This document shows, piece by piece, positions 27,315 to 34,500 of a DNA stretch of 44,774 bases. Each line of letters starts with the position of its first letter. Position 1 is the first letter of the stretch. This stretch comes from Oscillospiraceae bacterium (GTDB taxonomy: Bacteria > Bacillota > Clostridia > Oscillospirales > UBA929), in NCBI GenBank assembly GCA_031255175.1, contig JAIRTA010000058.1, forward strand, positions 1-44,774. Direction: 5' to 3'. Below the pieces are notes generated by a model that did no database searches, was not told the origin of the DNA, and saw only the letters and a program-made list of their open reading frames with translations. A program made the position numbers and the translations under genes.

Positions 27315-27518
27315 CGGGGGATGAGAGATTGTTTTTACAAAAACAATCAATTGATGATCCACCCGGGGCTCTCGTCATGTCGGATGAGGAGAGATTGTTT
27401 TCACAAAAACAATCGATTGATGATCCGCCCGGGGCGTCTGCCATGATGGAGGATGAGGGATTGTTTTCACAAAAACAATCCATTGATGATCCGCCTGGGG
27501 CTTTCGTCATGTCGGGGG
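27284..27518 (+). repeat. 66-bp tandem array (3.5 units) spanning the mnmG/rsmG junction
   Basis: ATTGATGATCC starts at 27284, 27350, 27416 and 27482; each full unit contains GATTGTTTT(T/C)ACAAAAACAATC. Confidence 0.95.
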
Positions 27519-28153
27519 CGATGCGGACTTATTTGGGGCGGTTGCTCGCGCAGAACCGGACGCTCAACTTGACGGCCGTCCGGAACGAGGAGGAGGCCGT
27601 CGTTCGGCACATCCGCGACGCGCTGGCGCTGTCGGCGCTGTATCCTTTGGCGGGGAAATCCGTCATCGACATCGGCAGCGGCGGCGGTCTGCCGGGGATC
27701 CCGCTGAAGATCCGGGATCCGTCGATCAGGCTGACGCTGCTGGACGCCACCGCCAAAAAGGTGGATTTTTTGCGGAAGGTGTGCGACGAACTGGGGCTCG
27801 CCGACGTCGCCTGCGTTGCCGCGCGGGCCGAAGAACAGGCGCGCCGCCCCGGTTTTCGCGACGCCTACGACGTGGCCGTGGCGCGGGGCGTGGCCTTTTT
27901 GCCGGCGCTCTGCGAACTGTGCCTGCCCTTTGTAAAGCCCGGCGGCGCGCTTCTCGCGATGAAGGGCGGCGACTGTGACGACGAGGCCGCCGCCGCCGCC
28001 GAACGGATTGAAGCCCTGGGCGGCGGCGCGGCGAAGATCCTTCGCTACGCGCTCACACCGGAGATCACGCACGCCCTCGTCATCGTCCCCAAACGCCGCC
28101 CCACGCCCCCCGCTTACCCCCGGCGCTGGGCGAAAATCCTCGGGGACAGATAA
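27311..28153 (+). CDS. rsmG: 16S rRNA (guanine(527)-N7)-methyltransferase RsmG (GidB) with a repeat-derived N-terminal extension
   Basis: NLTAV, HIRDAL, DIGSGGGLPGIPL, KKVDFL, ARAEE, AMKG, TPPAYPRR; follows mnmG with an ATGA overlap; true start uncertain (27311, 27377, 27443 or 27509). Confidence 0.93.
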   Translation: MTGDERLFLQKQSIDDPPGALVMSDEERLFSQKQSIDDPPGASAMMEDEGLFSQKQSIDDPPGAFVMSGAMRTYLGRLLAQNRTLNLTAVRNEEEAVVRHIRDALALSALYPLAGKSVIDIGSGGGLPGIPLKIRDPSIRLTLLDATAKKVDFLRKVCDELGLADVACVAARAEEQARRPGFRDAYDVAVARGVAFLPALCELCLPFVKPGGALLAMKGGDCDDEAAAAAERIEALGGGAAKILRYALTPEITHALVIVPKRRPTPPAYPRRWAKILGDR

Positions 28154-28157
28154 ATAA

Positions 28158-28192
28158 CGCGGCACAAAGGGAACGGTTCCCCTTGTGCCGCG
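28158..28192. repeat. Stem-loop / REP-like palindrome after rsmG
   Basis: CGCGGCACAA-AGGGAACGGTTCCCC-TTGTGCCGCG. Confidence 0.5.
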
Positions 28193-28212
28193 GGTTGTTG
28201 TGAGGCGATGTC

Positions 28213-29286
28213 ATGCGAAAACATTATATCGACAACTTGCGCTGGATGTGTATTCTTTTTTTGTTTCCTTATCACACGCTCATGGTGTACAATACATTTG
28301 GCGAAAGCTTTTACGTCAAAGGAGCAGACGTTCAAATTGCGAGCGTTTTTATCACGGCAATATGGCCGTGGTTTATGCCGCTTTTGTTCCTGATTGCGGG
28401 CGTCAGTTCAGCGTATGCTCTCAAGACAAGGACTTTAAAAGAATATATCACGGAGCGCATATATAAGCTTCTCATCCCACTTTTATCCGGTCTGTTGCTC
28501 CTCGTTCCCATGCAGACCTATTTTGCGGAGGTATTTCACAACGGTTATACCGGCAGTTATTTTGAACAATACATTCTTTTCTTCACAAACCCTACAGATC
28601 TCAGCGGATACCACGGCGGATTCACACCCGCGCATCTGTGGTTTATATTGTATTTATTTGTCATATCCCTTGTCGCCGTCCCCCTCATGTCCGCCAATCA
28701 AAAATCCGGCCAAAAACTGTCTGTGCATAAAATTCCGTTTCCCGCGTTTTTATTGCTCTTCATTGTCCCTATTTTCAGCCAGATGATCTTGGACTTCAAC
28801 GGCAAAAGTGTCGGCGAATCTTTGACTTATTTCTTATTTGGATATTTTCTGATATCGAACGATGTTATACAGGAAAAACTGCAAAAATACCGTTTCTTCT
28901 TGCTGGGCTTTGTCGTGCTTTGTGCAGCGCTCTACATCTTCTTCGTGACGGCCATTGCATACTATCATGAGATTCTCTTTGAAATTCTATATAACCTGTA
29001 TGCATGGACCGCCATCTTGGCTATTTTGGGGTTTGGAAAACAACATCTGGATTTCACAAACCGCACGGCGTCTTATTTGTCAAAATCTTCCTTTTCTATC
29101 TATATTTTTCATCAGCAATGGATTGTGATAACCGCCTACTTCGCCCTGATGTGGACGCAGAACATCCCGTTGCAAATGCTCCTCATCTTGTCGGCAAGTA
29201 CGCTGTTGACCTTTTTGCACTACGAGGTATTTCGAAGATTTTCTGTGACGAGGTTCCTATTTGGCATAAAAACCGCGCGCCGGTGA
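28213..29286 (+). CDS. Acyltransferase-3 family (OpgC/MdoC-like) integral membrane acyltransferase
   Basis: RKHYIDNLR, WFMPLLFLIAG, ERIYKLLIP, HLWFILYLF, SFSIYIFHQ; about 10 TM segments; AT-rich relative to its neighbours. Confidence 0.88.
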   Translation: MRKHYIDNLRWMCILFLFPYHTLMVYNTFGESFYVKGADVQIASVFITAIWPWFMPLLFLIAGVSSAYALKTRTLKEYITERIYKLLIPLLSGLLLLVPMQTYFAEVFHNGYTGSYFEQYILFFTNPTDLSGYHGGFTPAHLWFILYLFVISLVAVPLMSANQKSGQKLSVHKIPFPAFLLLFIVPIFSQMILDFNGKSVGESLTYFLFGYFLISNDVIQEKLQKYRFFLLGFVVLCAALYIFFVTAIAYYHEILFEILYNLYAWTAILAILGFGKQHLDFTNRTASYLSKSSFSIYIFHQQWIVITAYFALMWTQNIPLQMLLILSASTLLTFLHYEVFRRFSVTRFLFGIKTARR

Positions 29287-29287
29287 T

Positions 29288-29317
29288 AAAAAAGCCGGTT
29301 TCATATATGAAACCGGC
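29288..29317 (-). terminator. Intrinsic terminator overlapping the stop of the zinc-ribbon membrane gene
   Basis: Perfect 24-bp palindrome GCCGGTTTCATATATGAAACCGGC (29294-29317) followed by T6 on the minus strand. Confidence 0.65.
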
Positions 29318-29999
29318 GGGCCAGTGCGGCTTGCAGTGGTTTTTTTCGGTCGATGACCAGCATCACCGCGGCGGCGGCGGCACAGGGGATCATCACCAGC
29401 CACGACCATTGGAAGAGGAGATGCCCCACTCTGTACCAGCCGACCGCGCCTTCCACCGACATGGTGAGCAGTCCGCAGGAGGCCAACACCCCGGCGGCCA
29501 GTCGCCAACCTTGCAGGGCCTTGCGCTTGACCAGCGTGCTGACCGCGAGAAAGACCAGCGTCACCGAGATCACAATGGGCAGCGCCAGCGTCAAAAACCA
29601 GGCCCCTTCCAATTGGCTCTCCAACAGCCACAAAAACAGCAGCAGCGCCCCCACGTCGAACGTCACCGCCCGGCGCAACCCCATGCGGCGCGGCCACAGC
29701 GCCAGGGGCAGGCACACCCAGGTGAGCCCGAAGCTTCCCAAAACCACCGCCGACCAGGTGACTCTCTTGTTGTACACGGAGTCGATCAGCAGGCAGATGA
29801 GCGACGCGAACACCAAGATGACCGTCATGACCACGGCGACGAAACGCCGCTCGACCAGGCTGTCGACCGCGTCAACCTTGCGGGGCGCGGCGGTCTTCTC
29901 CGCCGCCCCGGCCAGAGGATTGATCACGGGGCAGCGGCACAGCGGGCAGTCCCGCAGGGCTCCGTCCAATTCGACGCCGCAGTTGACACAGTAAGACAT
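29301..29999 (-). CDS. Zinc-ribbon + multi-TM membrane protein (DUF6320-like)
   Basis: MSYCVNCGVELD...CPLC zinc ribbon, about 6 TM helices, C-terminal RRFHI; GAGGTGGAG RBS. Confidence 0.75.
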   Translation of the reverse strand: MSYCVNCGVELDGALRDCPLCRCPVINPLAGAAEKTAAPRKVDAVDSLVERRFVAVVMTVILVFASLICLLIDSVYNKRVTWSAVVLGSFGLTWVCLPLALWPRRMGLRRAVTFDVGALLLFLWLLESQLEGAWFLTLALPIVISVTLVFLAVSTLVKRKALQGWRLAAGVLASCGLLTMSVEGAVGWYRVGHLLFQWSWLVMIPCAAAAAVMLVIDRKKPLQAALARRFHI

Positions 30000-30046
30000 A
30001 CTCCACCTCTGATTGAATTTCCCCGCCGCCCCGCCGCGCTGTCCCG

Positions 30047-31357
30047 TCAACCGTGATGAGACGCCCCCATCTCGTTGCTCTCGACCCTGACCGGGAGGCC
30101 GATCTTCACCAGCTGCGTAAAAAAGATCCGTTCCACTTGGGGCTGGGGCATGTCACGCGTGAAATTGACCGTGGTGACGCCCCCGTAGCTGACGACGGCC
30201 GCGGCCAGGCGGTTGGTGCGCGGAGGGCCCAATATCATGTCGAACCGCTCCACCAGGGGGCGCATGGCCTCCGGGACCGTTGTCGCGCCCAGATTGGAGA
30301 AGGACATGGTAAACTGCTGCTCCCCCAGTATCTGGTATGCCATTATCAGACTCGCCTTTTTTACAAACAACGGCACGCCGCGCAGCAGCGGATTGTTTTC
30401 TGAGCTGACGTTCATCGCCATCATGGAATTGAGATACTTTGTGTTGACATCTCTGCGCAGCGTATGGTGCACATGTTTTGTGATCTCGTCGAACGAATAT
30501 TCCCCCAGCCCGGGTTCCACGCCCACATTGATGAAGAGAGAAAAATTCCGCAATGTCTTCGAGGGGTAGAACCGGCGCATATCCACCGGCACAGACACTT
30601 TGACGGCCCGGCGCGCGGCGGGGGTCATCTCCCGCTGCACCCGGTGGAGGGCATAGAGCTGCACCGCCACCAGCAGTTCCGTCACCGATACGCCGCGTTC
30701 TCTGGCGGCGGCGCGCAGCGCCTCCGTCGGTATGACGCCGGTTGTCAGATGCATCACCCCGGCGCCCTCGCGGGCGCCCGGCACATGCCAGGCCCTTCGC
30801 TCTCTCCGGGAGCGCACGGCGCTCAGGTCGGCGTGTTTTTTGTAGCTGTCTTCCAGTTCCTCCGGCGTGGCCCCGCGCGCGCAGTCGAGCACGCCGTCCC
30901 CGGCGGGGATGGGATGCCCCCCCAACGCGAGGTACTGCGCCGTCAGCGTTTTCAAAAACACCATGCCGCCGCCGCCGTCCGTGAGCGAATGGAGAAACTC
31001 GACGGCGATCCTTCTCTGGTAATACCGCACCCGAAAATGAAAATATCCGTTTTCTTTCTCCCGTATGACCATGCAGGGGTTGCGCACATCCTCCTGCACG
31101 CACGGCATACCCGCGTTGTCCTCGATGTAATACCAAAACAGCCCCCGCCGCAGCCTGCTTTTGATGTGGGGGAACCTCGGCAGCACCGCGGCGAGCGCCG
31201 CTTGCAGCCTCACGGGGTCCACTTCCTCATGCAGCGTCGCGGACAGGCGGAAGATCGGATGCCACCGGGCCGTCCGCACGGCGGGATAAATCTTGGCCGC
31301 GTTATCGAGCGCGTACCAGCGCTTGTCCGGAAAAGCGGATGTAAACTGCGTGGTCAT
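30047..31357 (-). CDS. Alcohol acetyltransferase-like / condensation-domain CoA-dependent acyltransferase
   Basis: WYALDNAAKIYP, RLRRGLFWYY, catalytic HSLTDG (HxxxDG), VPVDMRRFYPSKTLRNF, FSNLG; start MTTQF at 31357 after AGGAG. Confidence 0.82.
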   Translation of the reverse strand: MTTQFTSAFPDKRWYALDNAAKIYPAVRTARWHPIFRLSATLHEEVDPVRLQAALAAVLPRFPHIKSRLRRGLFWYYIEDNAGMPCVQEDVRNPCMVIREKENGYFHFRVRYYQRRIAVEFLHSLTDGGGGMVFLKTLTAQYLALGGHPIPAGDGVLDCARGATPEELEDSYKKHADLSAVRSRRERRAWHVPGAREGAGVMHLTTGVIPTEALRAAARERGVSVTELLVAVQLYALHRVQREMTPAARRAVKVSVPVDMRRFYPSKTLRNFSLFINVGVEPGLGEYSFDEITKHVHHTLRRDVNTKYLNSMMAMNVSSENNPLLRGVPLFVKKASLIMAYQILGEQQFTMSFSNLGATTVPEAMRPLVERFDMILGPPRTNRLAAAVVSYGGVTTVNFTRDMPQPQVERIFFTQLVKIGLPVRVESNEMGASHHG

Positions 31358-31466
31358 TGTTGTTTCTCCTCTGGATACCTCTGTCGGTTTCGGCTTCCCT
31401 TTCAGTATAGCATGTTTTCGCCCTTTGCGGGGGGCCATACGGAAATTTTCTCCCGGGCGCTCTCGG

Positions 31467-31503
31467 CAAGGCGGACGACAACAAATTGTTGCCGTCCGCC
31501 TTG
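31467..31503 (-). terminator. Stem-loop downstream of the GH2 gene
   Basis: CAAGGCGGACGACAACA-AAT-TGTTGCCGTCCGCCTTG inverted repeat; weak U-tract. Confidence 0.5.
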
Positions 31504-31549
31504 TGTCATCTCCGTGTGTCTGTTTCTTCTCCGGGCCCGCGGGCCGCGT

Positions 31550-34500
31550 TCAATCGATCGAAACCGATGGTGCGGGCTGTGAGAGCGGGACATAGTCCGC
31601 GCCCCAGTAATACGCGGCGGCGCTGGCGGAGCCGGCCGGAACGGCGGCGGTACACACCGCCCTGACCAGATCGCCCGCCGCAACGGTCTGCAGATCCGTG
31701 GCAACCCCTGTCAGCCTGCCGTCTTCTCCGTAGAACGCCAAAATGATGTTCGCCCCCGCGGGCGGGGCGCTGTCCAGCACAACCGAGGCGGTGGCGGTGG
31801 CGCCGTCAATGCGCACCTGGAACGACTTGGCGTCCTCCACCGCGGCGTAGAGCGCGTTGTAGACATTGACCGCCGCAAGCTCGGCCGCCGCGCTTGTCAG
31901 CGCGTCCGCGGCGGCGTACGCCGGGTCACCGGCGTCCACGCCGACGGCCAAAGCAACCGGCATCAGGTCTTTTGCGTTCCGGTAGGCGCTGCGCTGCGTC
32001 TTTGAGAATGTCATCGCCGCGTCCGCGTCGAAATCGTCGACCGGGAGGATCGAGAAATTGTAGTCGACGGTTTTGCCGAGGGCGTTCAGAATATAGACCC
32101 CTTTGGGAATGGCCTGGGTGCCCCAGCTGGTATCGGCGCCGCGCCCGCGTGAGGCAACGTCCACATACAGGTAAGTCGGAAGGCTTGCGTCGTTGCGCCC
32201 GAATTCGTCATAGACCTGGTACGGATGCTTTTGTCTGGCGTCGCCGAACTGCGTCGGGCTGTAGTGCAGCGCATTGAACTCGACGAGGCTCGCCATGTTG
32301 TACGGCGCTTCGGCGGGGTTGTACGCGCTGGCGTTTCCTGTGAACAGATTGTTGGCCGCGAACTGGCCCGCCTTCATGACAACACCGAAGCCCGTGTCGT
32401 CCGTCACCGCCGCCCAGCGCGTGTCGAGGCGCTCGCCGGTGTCCTGGCTGGTGATATACTCGACGTAGTTCTTCGAAACCGTCGTCGAGTAGACCCCGAC
32501 GTCGGTGCCTGTCCTGCGGTCCACGTAGTTCTCCTCCGGCCCGCGCGCGAAGTAGGTGATGTTCTCCATACCCGGCACAAGCTTCATATAACCGCCGATG
32601 ACGTTCATGATGTACCGTCCCCCCACCGGCGTCGCGCCGAACACATAGTGTTCGCTCACGTTGATCTCGCCCGTCGGGTAGACTTTATACGTCGTTGTCA
32701 TCGTCACGCTCAGTGGCGAGGATGTGTTGGCGGATGTGTTGACAATCTCGACGTAGTTTGCGTATGTCGTCGCCGTGCTGTACGTCGTCGCGGTTTGTGT
32801 GCGCGACGCGCCGGACTGTTTCCATTTGATCAGCTCGACGGCGGAACTGCCGTTGGAGCCGCCGGAATACGCCTCTCCGGCCTGGTTGTCCGTCACCGGC
32901 ATATAGAAGTTCGGCTCATAACCGAGCGTGGCGAACCGGCGCCCCTTGAAGCTCATGTCGGTGAACGTGCCGGCCGCCTTGTCAAACGTGTACGCGAACA
33001 GACCGTCCGGGCCGGTGATCTCGATCGTTCCGTCCGTTTCGCCGCCCGTCCCCGCGACGCTGATCTGATCAACCGTCATCGGGACAACCGGCTTGGCGAC
33101 AGGCGCGAACGCGCCCGTTGTGAGCGGCAGCTGGTTGGCGGCGACCACATAGCCCTTCTCGGCCCACTGCGTGGCCTCTCTCTGATGGAACTGGATGTTG
33201 AAGAAATACTCCGCACCGGGCTTTGTCGTCACCGCGTCGAACTCCTGGGTGAACGTTTTGGCCGTGTGCTTCTCGTTGGCTATCGCGTACGGCTCCGGAG
33301 CCACGTCGAGAACGCCCGCGCCCTCTCTTATGACCGTGCCGTTTTCATAGAGCTGCCAGGTCATGTCGTAGGCGCTGGCGTTTGTATGCATAAACGAGTT
33401 CTTGACGGTAAACCCGACGCTTGTCGCGGTGGGCGCGCCGCTTGCCGTGACTTTCAGCCTCTGGTACAGGCGCCTGACCTCGGCGGCATGCGGTTTTGGG
33501 GTGCGGTCGGCAAGGATCACGCCGTTTGCCCCAAAGTCCAGGTCTCCGCTCGAGTTGCCCCAGTCGCCGTCGTACCCGAAGAACGTGCCGTCGCCCGAAC
33601 GGTCGCCCCGCACGCCGGTGACGGCGGACGAGGGCGGCACCGGGGTTTTGACCGACTGGTCAACCCAGTCCCAGATGAACCCGCCGGCGCTGTACGAGTT
33701 GCCTTCGGCGATCGCGACGTATGTGTCCATGTTGCCGAGCGAGTTGCCCATAGCGTGGGAATATTCGCAGTTGATCATGATCTTGCTTTGACTCGGACTG
33801 TCAAAAGAGCCGTACGACGGGTACATGCCGGCCCACATGTCGGCGTAAGATTGGGCATACTGCGCGTGGGTCGGGCGGCCGCCGCTGCCGAGCAATCCGT
33901 TCAGCTCATTTTCGCGGGCCTTGAGCGTCCAGATCGAGTACGGCGCCGACGTGGCGTTCATGGACGACTCGTTGCCGGCGGACCACGCCACAACGCAGGC
34001 CATGTTCTTGTCGCGCTCGTACATGTTGAGCATACGGTCGCGCAGCGTCTGACTAAAAACCGCACTTGTCGAATTGCCCGTGCTGTTGTGACTCTCGTGG
34101 TTGGCCTCGTCCATCACGTAAATGCCCAGTTCGTCCGCGACGTCGTAAAATCTCGTGTCGTGCGGATAGTGGGCCATGCGGATCGCGTTGACGTTGTTCA
34201 GCTTCATCAGCGTCTCGTCTCTGCGGATGAGGTCGAGCGTCATGGCGTAACCCGTGTCCGGGTTTGTCTCGTGAAGGTTTGTCCCGTAGAACGTGAGACG
34301 CTTTCCGTTCACCAGCCAGTAGGAGCCGGCCGACGCGGTGTAAACACCGCCCGAAAGCGTGTGCGTATTGGGCGCGTTGACGTATGTGGTGTACTTAAAG
34401 CCGACGCGCACGCACGTGTACTCCGTCTGCGCCCCGTTATCCACATACATGACCAGCTTGTACAGGTACGGATCCTCGGCCGACCAGAGATGCGGGTTCG

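Noticed and set aside
27284-27518. Possible mini-CRISPR array (66-bp period with palindromic conserved part)
   Set aside because: The would-be spacers are clearly homologous to one another, the array is in frame with rsmG, and no cas genes or leader are present; treated as a tandem repeat.
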